From Candidatus Jordarchaeia archaeon (lineage in GTDB: Archaea > Asgardarchaeota > Jordiarchaeia > Jordiarchaeales > Jordiarchaeaceae), in assembly GCA_029856435.1 (NCBI GenBank), contig JAHQXB010000135.1, forward strand, positions 1-16,389: a stretch of 16,389 nucleotides of DNA, written 5' to 3'. This document shows positions 1 through 8,703 of the stretch, piece by piece (positions within the stretch are counted from its first letter, which is position 1; each line of letters starts with the position of its first letter). The translations under genes were made by a program, and so were the position numbers. A model generated the notes under the pieces. The model was not told the DNA's origin. It was given only the letters and a program-made list of their open reading frames with translations, and made no database searches.

Positions 1-119
1 CTGTCCTCCTCTTGCTGTTGTCCGCCGCAAAGGATCACCGCGTGGAGCCGGTCCCTCTTCAATCTGTTCTTCTCGTTCTTCCAGAGTTCACGCAACAACT
101 TCACATCAACATCACGGGT
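1..119 (-). pseudogene. IS630-family-like transposase N-terminal (HTH) fragment, runs off the window edge
   Basis: Manual - strand translation gives TRDVDVKLLRELWKNEKNRLKRDRLHAVIL, resembling the 'LRELYKxEKxxRxRDRLxAVLL' N-terminus of IS630 transposases as I recall it. An in-frame stop lies just upstream and there is no clean start. GC is ~60% in the first 60 nt. Confidence 0.45.
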
Positions 120-199
120 AACTATCCACTATAATCATCACAAACACAACAATAACATAGATCACTACTGTTATAAAAGTTTACTGAAGTACTATATAC

Positions 200-415
200 A
201 GGGCGTTTATGACCATGGCGAGGACGGCGCCACCGGATGTGATCTTCTGCTGGTCGTTTGCTCCCCACGATGTGGTTTATCTCTTCCGCCGGGTGGATTT
301 TCCTGCAGTCGCTGGAAACAATTCCCAGATGGTTGATTACTTTGCTACGGTATTCCATGTCTCAATCATTGTTCTTGAAATTAATAAAAATATAAGTAAG
401 GGTGCGGAAAGTAGG
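200..415 (-). mobile_element. Truncated IS1634-family (DUF4277-type) element: left end plus frameshifted transposase N-terminus
   Basis: MEYRSKVINHLGIVSS..AEEINHIVGS (from 358) continues after a frameshift as DQQKITSGGAVLAMVINAL, matching the IS1634 N-terminal pattern 'LDHLGIVAG..EEID....QQKITxGxAVxAMxxNxLG'. Similarity stops near 200. GGGTGCGGAAAGTAGG at 400-415 resembles the terminal repeat I recall for this family. Confidence 0.7.
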
Positions 416-440
416 ATAAAAGAGTTAAAAGGGAGGTATA

Positions 441-1073
441 ATGAAGTTAGAGCAAAGGCTAAAGAAAAGAGACCTCGAGAGGATACTAAGTGAATTGGAG
501 GTTAATCCCTCTCCGAAGGTTGAATGGGAACAGTACGCGTCTTCCAGTGAGGTTGCGGCAAGTCTTCTATTTATAGCCGCATTCACTTTCAATGACATCA
601 TTGGACGTGAAGTTTTCGACTTAGGATGTGGAAATGGCGTGTTGGGTATTGGAGCCGCATTAATTGGAGCTAAGCGTGTAGTGGGAGTAGATTTAGACTC
701 AAGGGTTTTAAATGTTGCAAGAAACAATGCTTTGAAGGTAGGAGTTTCCAATTTAATTGATTTTGTAGCTATGGACGTCTCGGATCTAACCGGTTCGTTT
801 GACACTGTTTTACAAAATCCTCCTTTTGGTGTTCGTAGAAGATTTAGTGATAGAATATTTTTAAAAAAGGGAATAGAGATTGCCGATGTGACGTACACTA
901 TTCATAAATACGGTTTAAAAAACAGAAGATTTATTACTCAATTTGTGCTGGAAAATGGTGGGATAGTTGATAGAATTATTCCTATGAAGATGGCCCTTTC
1001 CCCAACATTCCCCTTTCATACTAAAACAAAACATGTTGTTGAAGTAGATATTTACAGAATATTAAAAAATTGA
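441..1073 (+). CDS. METTL5-family SAM-dependent (N6-adenine RNA) methyltransferase
   Basis: N-terminal KVEWEQY motif, SAM-binding DLGCGNG, catalytic NPPFG, GGAGG RBS at 432-436, and the usual position upstream of csl4-rpoL. Confidence 0.9.
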   Translation: MKLEQRLKKRDLERILSELEVNPSPKVEWEQYASSSEVAASLLFIAAFTFNDIIGREVFDLGCGNGVLGIGAALIGAKRVVGVDLDSRVLNVARNNALKVGVSNLIDFVAMDVSDLTGSFDTVLQNPPFGVRRRFSDRIFLKKGIEIADVTYTIHKYGLKNRRFITQFVLENGGIVDRIIPMKMALSPTFPFHTKTKHVVEVDIYRILKN

Positions 1074-1213
1074 AAGAAAAAAATATTTTATGTTGATAAT
1101 TGAGATATTTTAGCAAATAAGTATATACCATCTGTTCTATTAAACATAAAAAATTGAGTATAATAATTGTTAAAAATCGGCTATTATTTTTAAAATTGTA
1201 AGGTGATCTAGAG

Positions 1214-1789
1214 TTGCAAGGCGGAAACAAACCAAAAACGGGAAATTTAGTAACTCCTGGTGACTGGTTAGGTGTTATTGAAGAATTTACTCCAGGAGAG
1301 GGCACATACGAGGAAAACGGAGCTGTTTACGCGTCAACTGTTGGTCGCCTTTTAATCGATAATGTAGAAAAAAGAGTGAAGGTAATACCAATTGAGGCAC
1401 GTGCATTACCCAAGAAGGGCGATATAGTCTTAGGAAAAGTTACCCAAATTAATAAAATGTTGACGTTTGTGGATATTGGTCGAGTAAGAGGCCATGATAT
1501 CGCTAATCCTTTTTCGGGTGTAATTCACATCTCGCAAATAAGTACGGAATATGTAGAAAACACTTCAGACGCATTGAAACCCGGAGATATTATTAGAGCA
1601 AGAGTAGTAGAGGAGAAAGGTGAACTAATTCAATTAACAACAGTTGAAAAAAATCTGGGGGTTATATATGCTGCATGCTCTAAGTGTGGTTCTGAACTTG
1701 AAAGAACAGGAAACATTCTTTATTGTAAAAACTGCGAATCAAAAGAAATTAGAAAAATAGCCAGCGATTACGGAAGAGTAAAACTATAA
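1214..1789 (+). CDS. csl4: Exosome complex RNA-binding subunit Csl4
   Basis: N-terminal VTPGDWLG..EEFTPGEGTYE, S1 domain, C-terminal CSKC..CKNC zinc ribbon. TTG start with AGGTGA RBS at 1201-1206. Confidence 0.95.
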   Translation: MQGGNKPKTGNLVTPGDWLGVIEEFTPGEGTYEENGAVYASTVGRLLIDNVEKRVKVIPIEARALPKKGDIVLGKVTQINKMLTFVDIGRVRGHDIANPFSGVIHISQISTEYVENTSDALKPGDIIRARVVEEKGELIQLTTVEKNLGVIYAACSKCGSELERTGNILYCKNCESKEIRKIASDYGRVKL

Positions 1790-1949
1790 AATGCGGAGTA
1801 AAATAGATGAAGACTCTAAGTAATAATTTTTACAGATAGCAATTAATTCTGTGAAACACATAAATGGTAAATGGCTACCATAAATATGAAATACTAATAA
1901 ATACAATGTTCATAAAAAGTTACTAATAGTACCATTTGAGGCTTAAATT

Positions 1950-1957
1950 TTTATAAA
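1950..1957 (+). promoter_or_regulatory. Candidate TATA box for rpoL
   Basis: TTTATAAA about 31 nt upstream of the rpoL ATG. Confidence 0.4.
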
Positions 1958-1988
1958 CACTAAGAGACGTAATAGAAGATGATGGACC

Positions 1989-2276
1989 ATGAATATAAAG
2001 ATCTTGGAGAAAAGGGACAATGAGCTTAGAGTGGAAATAGAAGGTGAAGGGCACACTTTATGCAACGCCATAAAGTCTGTACTCTTTGAAGACGAAACAT
2101 TAGTATTTGCAGGTTATCGAATAGAGCACGCATTGCTTTCAAAACCTGTCTTATATATAAGTACAAATGGGAAAAAAGATCCCTTAGTTTTACTGAATGA
2201 AACTCTTAAAAAGTTAGAAATGAGAATTGAAGAATTTAAAGAGAAATTCAGAAGGGAGCTTGAAAAATTAAACTAA
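1989..2276 (+). CDS. rpoL: DNA-directed RNA polymerase subunit L (Rpo11)
   Basis: EIEGEGHTLCN and AGYRIEHAL motifs, 95 aa, follows csl4. Confidence 0.95.
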   Translation: MNIKILEKRDNELRVEIEGEGHTLCNAIKSVLFEDETLVFAGYRIEHALLSKPVLYISTNGKKDPLVLLNETLKKLEMRIEEFKEKFRRELEKLN

Positions 2277-2290
2277 AGGAAGAAATTAGT

Positions 2291-2341
2291 TATAAAACCC
2301 ACGGCGAGAAAGCCTTCCGATTCTCAGTCATGGGAGTGTCA
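2291..2341 (+). other. GC-rich hairpin; possible IS200/IS605-end-derived mini-element or structured RNA leader
   Basis: CCCACGGC-GAGAA (2298-2310) pairs with TTCTC-A-GTCATGGG (2321-2334). The 3' part GAAAGCC..CAGTCATGGGAGTGTCA resembles IS605-type end sequences. Confidence 0.35.
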
Positions 2342-2420
2342 TACCCTTTAGCAAGGGAGTGATTCCACGAGTTCTCATAAAAAGAATGAATGTACTTGCG
2401 GTAGGGACGTTACTAATAGA

Positions 2421-2831
2421 ATGTCTGTAAAAGAAATTTTAACTGATAAAAACTTGGCCAAACTTGGAGATAACATTGCAAATCTTCTATACTCCTTGGT
2501 GAAATCAAAAATGTTTGGCAAGCCAGATGGCGCCAAAATACCCGATACACTTTTGGCGGAGGCGGTGAGGCGAGCAAATCTAAGAAAGTACGTTTCTACT
2601 AGGCAAAATGCTCATAGTTTAGGCGACGCGGCTGAGGCGCTAATCGCTTATTCTTGGCTGAAAGATTACTTTGAAATTAAAGAAACAGCAGAAAAAATTG
2701 CCACACTAATTCCTCAAAGAAAAATATTAAACCGTAAAACTGAAAAGGAAACAACCATACAAATCTTCGCATCTCTACTGCAACAGCTTTATGAAAAAGT
2801 TGTAGAGGGGAAGAATCAAAATAATAAGTAA
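2421..2831 (+). CDS. Archaeal ribonuclease III-family (mini RNase III-like) protein
   Basis: DKNLAKLGD..NLLYSL and LGDAAEALIAYSWL match the archaeal stand-alone RNase III-like family, which is usually found near rpoL/tfs. Confidence 0.8.
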   Translation: MSVKEILTDKNLAKLGDNIANLLYSLVKSKMFGKPDGAKIPDTLLAEAVRRANLRKYVSTRQNAHSLGDAAEALIAYSWLKDYFEIKETAEKIATLIPQRKILNRKTEKETTIQIFASLLQQLYEKVVEGKNQNNK

Positions 2832-2879
2832 TCGCCATTTAGAACACCAAGAAATTTAATGCAAAAGTAGGTGAGATCA

Positions 2880-3221
2880 ATGGAGTTCTGTCCTAAGTGT
2901 AATTCAGTAATGTTCCCAACAAAGACAGATAATGGAACTGTTAAACTGAGATGTAGGAGTTGTAATTATACTATTGAATTGGAAAAGGAATCAGTAGAAA
3001 AGTACAAAATTAAAAAGGAAATAAAGCATACCCCGAGAGATAAAACAGTGATAATAGAAGACGCAGACGCAGTTCAACCTATGCCTACAGTAAAAGTTAG
3101 CTGTCCCAAATGTAATCACAATAAAGCGGTATACTGGCAACTTCAAACCAGAAGCGCTGATGAGGGGTCAACCATATTCTATCGATGTATTAAGTGCCAC
3201 CACACTTGGAGAACTTACTGA
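2880..3221 (+). CDS. tfs: Transcription elongation factor TFS (RpoM/Rpb9-like)
   Basis: Two zinc ribbons (CPKC..CRSC; CPKC..CIKC) and the acidic hairpin QTRSADE. Start moved to ATG 2880 because the AGGTGAG RBS is at 2869-2875. Confidence 0.95.
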   Translation: MEFCPKCNSVMFPTKTDNGTVKLRCRSCNYTIELEKESVEKYKIKKEIKHTPRDKTVIIEDADAVQPMPTVKVSCPKCNHNKAVYWQLQTRSADEGSTIFYRCIKCHHTWRTY

Positions 3222-3438
3222 AGAATATTGCCAGCTAGTGGGAAGTAAATTTATATCTTTTAAATTATTCCATGATTTCAAATTAAATAACTATTTTTGA
3301 TAGAAAAATACTAGGGTCCATACTTAACAAATTTGTATACTGAATATCCTCATCAATATTACAGTAACACTAAGGTTCAAAATCTGAAATAAGCCACATA
3401 TAATTCGATTTCCATTAAAGTGGCGAGAGGACAAATAG

Positions 3439-3924
3439 ATGAGACATGAAAAAGTAGCTTTTATCGGGCTTCCCGCTGTGGGGAAAACCAGCATCATAAC
3501 CCTTTTAAGCGAAAACAGAACAGTCACTAACTACGAACAGACCATCGGTATATCATTCGGTTTTGTGACATTGGGTGAGTGCGAAGTTAGCCTTTTTGAT
3601 ATTGCGGGGCAAGATCGTTTTCGTTTTTTGTGGAATGGTTTTATGCGAGGAGCGAAGGTCATCTTTGTAGTTACTGATTCAACCCCCATAAACGTTTTAA
3701 ACACCCGCAAAATAATTGAAGAATTTTGCAATAAACCTAATACTATAGTTTTAGCTATAGCTAATAAACAGGATCTTCCAGGTGCGATGAAGCCCTCGCA
3801 AGTTGAAGATCTTTTAAATGTAAAAACGTATGGAATGGTTGCAATCGACCCCAGAAAGAGGACGAAAATGTGCCACATACTTAGAGAAGCTTTGGAGCAA
3901 ATCATAATTGAACGCTCCAACTAA
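3439..3924 (+). CDS. Small Ras-superfamily (Arf/Rab-like) GTPase, Asgard eukaryotic-signature type
   Basis: G1 GLPAVGKT, G2 QTIG, G3 DIAGQ followed by RFRFLW, G4 NKQD, atypical G5 GMVAID; 161 aa. An in-frame stop lies immediately before the ATG. Confidence 0.9.
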   Translation: MRHEKVAFIGLPAVGKTSIITLLSENRTVTNYEQTIGISFGFVTLGECEVSLFDIAGQDRFRFLWNGFMRGAKVIFVVTDSTPINVLNTRKIIEEFCNKPNTIVLAIANKQDLPGAMKPSQVEDLLNVKTYGMVAIDPRKRTKMCHILREALEQIIIERSN

Positions 3925-4038
3925 TCTCATAAAAGATTCACAATTAACCTAGAACATTGAGAAAGATCCACCTGATTTTTGGGGCAGTAATACATTTAAT
4001 AGAGTCTTTACATTTCAATATTTGAAGAGTTGATTTTA

Positions 4039-4410
4039 ATGTCGCGTAATCAGCAGAATGAGGGTGGTTCATGGAAACCTAAGCATCCTGCAATTGAAAA
4101 ACAGATTAAGGATATTGCTGTAAATGATGTTTCTTTCATTAAGGTTCTTGGTGTTGTTTTAGAGAAAAGACAAAACGTCGCCCTTATTGATGATGGAACT
4201 GGTAAGGCAAAAATTGTGGCTTTTGATGATGCAATATTGAGCAAAGTTAAAGTAGGTGATAAGGTAAGAATATTTGGAACAGTTTTACCAGCAGAAGAAG
4301 AGGGCGAAATACAAATCAACGCGAGTATAATTCAAAACATGAATAAACTTAATATGGAGTTACGCTCAGAAGTGGAGCGGTTAAAGAAATCTGTAGAAAA
4401 GATGTTTTGA
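4039..4410 (+). CDS. Single OB-fold protein, RPA small subunit (RPA14/Rpa3)-like
   Basis: KHPAIEKQIKDI..IKVLGVV..LIDDGTG..VKVGDKVRIFG..IIQNM plus a C-terminal helix, the same layout as Thermococcales RPA14 (RRRPAVERKI..LDDGTG..GQVVRVIG..VIQDF). Confidence 0.75.
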   Translation: MSRNQQNEGGSWKPKHPAIEKQIKDIAVNDVSFIKVLGVVLEKRQNVALIDDGTGKAKIVAFDDAILSKVKVGDKVRIFGTVLPAEEEGEIQINASIIQNMNKLNMELRSEVERLKKSVEKMF

Positions 4411-4521
4411 TTTAACCCAGGGAGCTTATAAAGGGGAATAACAGAATTATGGTGAGAACTGTTTAAAAATGAATGGTACTGTAATATGCACCTGTAAATT
4501 AATTATTTAAATGAGACATGG

Positions 4522-4540
4522 GTGATTTGCCTCAAATCAC
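4522..4540. promoter_or_regulatory. Perfect 8-bp inverted repeat upstream of PCNA (candidate operator or hairpin)
   Basis: GTGATTTG-cct-CAAATCAC, directly followed by AT-rich TATA-like sequence, 43 nt before the PCNA ATG. Confidence 0.4.
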
Positions 4541-4582
4541 TTATATTAGTTTATAGGAAAACCCTTAAAAAAGGTGATATGT

Positions 4583-5338
4583 ATGTCTCTTAAATTCGCC
4601 TTTACGGATGCGAAGCTTTGGAAAAACATTATAGACGCTCTATCTGGTTTAGTTGATGAACTAGTTTTCATAGCAGACAAAAATTCTCTGCACGCTAGGG
4701 CGATGGATCCCAGTCATGTAGCTATGGTTGACTTCGAATTACCAAAAAACGCCTTTAGCGAATATAACTGTAGTGGTGAAGTTAAACTGGGCATAAACCT
4801 TGAGGACATGTCTAGAATAATGAGAAGAGCGGGGGGTGGAGACGCATTAGAGTTGTCGCTTGATCCAGAAAAGAATAAGCTTAATGTTACATTTAGAGGT
4901 ACATCCATACGCACTTTCCATATTGGCTTGCTTGATTTGACACATGAGGAAACTCCTGTTCCCTCAATTAAATTTAATGCTGAAATCAAAATGACTGCAG
5001 ACGCTTTGAAGGAGGCCTTGAAAGACGCAGAAGTGATAAGTGACCATGTAGAAGTCGAGGCTACCCCTGAAGAGTTGGATATCAATGCTTCAGGGGACAC
5101 AGGGGGGGTGGAAATTAAGTTGCCTAAATCTAGCGACGCAGTTCTTGAGTTAAATGTAATTGAAAATTCTAAAGCAATGTATGCTCTCAGCTACTTAATG
5201 GATATGATGAAGGCAGCGGCGGCAAGCGATACAGTTACAGTTCAGTTCTCAACCAGTATGCCCATAAAACTAGAATTCAACATTATTGGCGGAGGACGCT
5301 TAACATATTGGCTGGCTCCAAGAATAGAAGCAGAATAA
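4583..5338 (+). CDS. pcn: DNA polymerase sliding clamp PCNA
   Basis: RAMDPSHVAMVDFELP and C-terminal YWLAPRIE. AGGTGA RBS at 4572-4577 supports ATG 4583. Confidence 0.97.
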   Translation: MSLKFAFTDAKLWKNIIDALSGLVDELVFIADKNSLHARAMDPSHVAMVDFELPKNAFSEYNCSGEVKLGINLEDMSRIMRRAGGGDALELSLDPEKNKLNVTFRGTSIRTFHIGLLDLTHEETPVPSIKFNAEIKMTADALKEALKDAEVISDHVEVEATPEELDINASGDTGGVEIKLPKSSDAVLELNVIENSKAMYALSYLMDMMKAAAASDTVTVQFSTSMPIKLEFNIIGGGRLTYWLAPRIEAE

Positions 5339-5629
5339 ATGAGGTATAGAAACGAGATTCTGTTTGAGAGCGATGCTTTTTTAATTAATTAAAATTTATA
5401 ATTAGCAATACATGTGCAGAACAATACCAAGCAAAAAGTTCTGGAGGAAATTTAAGACGCATCTTAAAACTAGTTTGTATTGTAGTGTGTTTTTTCTGAG
5501 TTAAATTTACTGTTTTCACAAGTGTTTAAATGTTCAACTAGAATATATTAGTTTAAGGGTCAAAATTAGGAAATGGATGAAAAATATTAATTTCGTTTAT
5601 TAACCAAGTTAGATAAGGGTTTAAGTGAA

Positions 5630-6682
5630 ATGGTGTTTATGTCATCCAAAGGGGATTTAGCTAAGTACCCATTCACAAAGGAAGCCCAGAAATATATTGA
5701 GAATCTTAATTTAGATATCAGGGATTTAGTTTCTCCGAAGTATTCTTCTCTTCTTAGAAGAGGTGGTGAAAGGGTCATTGAAGCTTTAGAAAAGGGGATT
5801 GTTTCTTACAAAGATAATAATTATGTAGAAGAGCTCCTTTCTTTTCCATTGGCGCGTCTACTTGTCGAATCATTAGGAGACGATTATTTAAGGAGAAGAT
5901 ATGCGGTTGCAGAGTCTAAACGTGTTGATAAACTTTTAGCGATGGAAGAAAATGATAAACTGATTTATATTGCAAGAGAAACATTTGGGTGGGATATTAG
6001 AAAGGCGCCACGTCAAAGCATTGGTGGGCGTTTTTACGATTATGAACTAAATGTTGTCAATTATTTGGAATATGCTCCATATTTTCAGGATAAATACTGG
6101 AAACTAGTAAACAGAGTTTTGCATAAGGGTTACGTATATCTTCGGAAAAATGATGTGGCTAGGTTGATCTCTGAAGCGGTAAAGTGGCGACTTATGGAAA
6201 AAAAAGGTAAACCACCGGTTCTGCCACCAGAAATAAAAGAAATGGTTAATATAATAGAATCGAAGTTAGTAGCCCAAAAAAAAGATAGAGGTATTGATGG
6301 GGGGTTTGGTGAAGTCTCCAGAGATAGTTTTCCTCCCTGCATATCGAAAATTTTATCCGACGCTATTGCAGGTAAAAGTATGTCTCATCACGCAAGGTTT
6401 ACCCTTACCTCTTTCCTGATAAATATAGGCGTGTCTGTTGATGAGCTTGTAGAAATATTTAGTAATGTTGCTGATTTTGATGAGGAACTAACTAGATATC
6501 AAGTGGAGCATATCGCAGGAATTAGAGGAGGAGGAACAAAATATACTCCACCGACATGCAGCACACTTAAAACATATGGTCTATGCGAAAAAAATGAGTT
6601 ATGCCAAGGGGTAAAGCATCCTCTAAATTATTATCGTAATAGTTTGCGTAGACAAAAAGGAAGCGAAAAAACAGTTATTTGA
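5630..6682 (+). CDS. priL: DNA primase large subunit
   Basis: DLAKYPF N-terminus; Fe-S domain FPPCI..HHARF..YQVEHIAG..YTPPTC..C..C..HPLNYY. The alternative start is ATG 5639. Confidence 0.95.
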   Translation: MVFMSSKGDLAKYPFTKEAQKYIENLNLDIRDLVSPKYSSLLRRGGERVIEALEKGIVSYKDNNYVEELLSFPLARLLVESLGDDYLRRRYAVAESKRVDKLLAMEENDKLIYIARETFGWDIRKAPRQSIGGRFYDYELNVVNYLEYAPYFQDKYWKLVNRVLHKGYVYLRKNDVARLISEAVKWRLMEKKGKPPVLPPEIKEMVNIIESKLVAQKKDRGIDGGFGEVSRDSFPPCISKILSDAIAGKSMSHHARFTLTSFLINIGVSVDELVEIFSNVADFDEELTRYQVEHIAGIRGGGTKYTPPTCSTLKTYGLCEKNELCQGVKHPLNYYRNSLRRQKGSEKTVI

Positions 6683-6744
6683 GTTGGCATTATTAATAAT
6701 ATTTGACCGGTAGATAATAAATTGATTTTAGGGTGGAATTTTGA

Positions 6745-7986
6745 ATGAGTACCGCTGACTTTTTAACGAATTTATTTGGGAAGTATTATGAGGATAATTT
6801 TGATAGAATAATTTCGCCCTCTAACCTGCGCAAGAGAGAATTTGGTTTTATGTTTTTTAAGTATGGTTCAATTATTAGACATTTAAGTTTTGATGATGAG
6901 AACCAGTTAAAAACGTTTCTAGCTAGAGAGGCGCCCTCAGATGTGTTCTACTCTGCCGCTTACTATATCCAGCCAGCTATGCCTAAAATGCCTATGAAGG
7001 GATGGGAGGGATGTGATTTAATTTTTGACATTGATGCAGACCATATTGAAACGAGTTGTAAAAATGAACATGACAGGTGGAAGTGCCAGGTGTGTGGGAA
7101 GGCAGACAAGGGAATTAAACCAGATAAATGCCCCATTTGTGGAGAGTCAAAAATCGAAGAGTTAAAATGGCTCTGCGATACTTGCTTGGATTATGCTAAG
7201 CTCGAGACAATTAAAATTGTGGAGGATTTTCTAATTCCTGACTTTGGAATATCTAAAAGTGAAATTGGTATCTGTTTTTCTGGGCACAGAGGGTACCATA
7301 TACATGTCGAGTCAGAAGTGGTGAAGAAGCTTAATTCTCAAGCAAGAAGAGAGATAATAGACTATATTAAAGGCGGCGGAATTGATCCAGAGTTACATGG
7401 ACTTCAAGAAATTGGACGCAAAAAGCTAATCACGGGACCTGACACTAATGATAAGGGGTGGGGAGGGCGAATTACACGAAACGTTATTAAATTTATTTCC
7501 AAGTTACAGGAAAATGAAATTCTGATGGAAGACAAGTCCACAAGGAAAAAATTGCTGACGTTAATAAAAGAAAAGCAAAATATAATAAATTCCCTGAGCC
7601 GACATCCTCCGCTTTGGGATGTGATGAGAAATATTGACATCAACTTCTGGTTTCTCATTGTGGAGCGCGCTATAAATATGGCTAAGGGGGAAATCGATGA
7701 ACCGGTTACTGCGGATATACATAGACTTATACGCCTTCCAACATCTATTAATGGAAAAACAGGCTTCCAAGTGAAACCCTTAAAATTGAATGAAATAGCT
7801 AGCTTTGATCCCTTCAGCGATTCGCAAATTTTTGAGGGGCAAATGACGGTACACACGAGTGATGTGCCTACTTTTAGAATTGGAGAAGAAACCTTTGGGC
7901 CCTTCAAAGACGAAAAAGTTGAACTGCCACTGTCTGCGGCAGTGTTTCTCCTCTGTAAAGGAGTTGCCCAAATTCTAAAAACTTAA
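6745..7986 (+). CDS. priS: DNA primase small (catalytic) subunit
   Basis: REFGF, FDIDAD, SGHRGYH and DIHRLIRLPTSINGKTG motifs, with a Cys-rich insertion. Confidence 0.96.
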   Translation: MSTADFLTNLFGKYYEDNFDRIISPSNLRKREFGFMFFKYGSIIRHLSFDDENQLKTFLAREAPSDVFYSAAYYIQPAMPKMPMKGWEGCDLIFDIDADHIETSCKNEHDRWKCQVCGKADKGIKPDKCPICGESKIEELKWLCDTCLDYAKLETIKIVEDFLIPDFGISKSEIGICFSGHRGYHIHVESEVVKKLNSQARREIIDYIKGGGIDPELHGLQEIGRKKLITGPDTNDKGWGGRITRNVIKFISKLQENEILMEDKSTRKKLLTLIKEKQNIINSLSRHPPLWDVMRNIDINFWFLIVERAINMAKGEIDEPVTADIHRLIRLPTSINGKTGFQVKPLKLNEIASFDPFSDSQIFEGQMTVHTSDVPTFRIGEETFGPFKDEKVELPLSAAVFLLCKGVAQILKT

Positions 7987-8000
7987 TTGGGGTAAGTGCT

Positions 8001-8540
8001 ATGTATGAAAAAATCTATAGTGCCTGGGAGAAAGAACAGAAAGAAGAAAGCTTACAGAAACTTGAAGCTAACTTCTACATTGAAGCTAAAAAATTTTTAG
8101 AAGAAATAAAACTAGACAAAAATGAATCGGATTTATTAGCGAGTAAGCTTGTCAAAAGAGAATATGATATGCTCTATCTAATATTAAATGATCTCATAAA
8201 TATCCGGCTTGGGAAAATTTTGGGGAAAATACGTGCCAAAAAGGAACTAAACACTGAAAAATTAACACAGGAAGAAAAAGTAGTATATGAACACCTTAAA
8301 AATGCATTCTCGCAACTTTTTAATGGAAAAAGCCTCTCCCCAGAAATTAGAGTAATCGAAGAAAAGGATGAAACGTTTATTCCAATTCGATTTTTAAAGC
8401 AGATCCCAGCTATAGTGGGGAGCGATATGAAGATTTATGGGCCGTTCCAAGTTGAGGACATTGCCACTCTACCAAGAGAGAATGCAAAAGCGTTAGTATT
8501 AAAAAATGCTGCGAAGCTTCTATTTTTTCAACAAATTTAA
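8001..8540 (+). CDS. gins15: GINS complex subunit Gins15 (Gins51)
   Basis: Helical A-domain (LQKLEANFY, IRLGKIL) plus C-terminal B-domain (IRFLKQIPAIVGSDMKIYGPF..EDIATLP..NAKAL), directly after priS. Confidence 0.9.
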   Translation: MYEKIYSAWEKEQKEESLQKLEANFYIEAKKFLEEIKLDKNESDLLASKLVKREYDMLYLILNDLINIRLGKILGKIRAKKELNTEKLTQEEKVVYEHLKNAFSQLFNGKSLSPEIRVIEEKDETFIPIRFLKQIPAIVGSDMKIYGPFQVEDIATLPRENAKALVLKNAAKLLFFQQI

Positions 8541-8703
8541 TTTAGATGACATCTTCTGGGGAATAGCAAATAAGGTTGTCAGCTTTTTCTTCTAAATGCA
8601 TATAAAATCGAAAGGTATAAAATGAGTTGTGGATATTGCTCAAATTACATATAAGTGTAATCATTATTGTCTAAATAATCGAACATAGAGAGGGTGTATA
8701 CTG

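Noticed and set aside
5451-5468. TTTAAGA-cgca-TCTTAAA hairpin between pcn and priL
   Set aside because: A short AT-rich palindrome, likely by chance.
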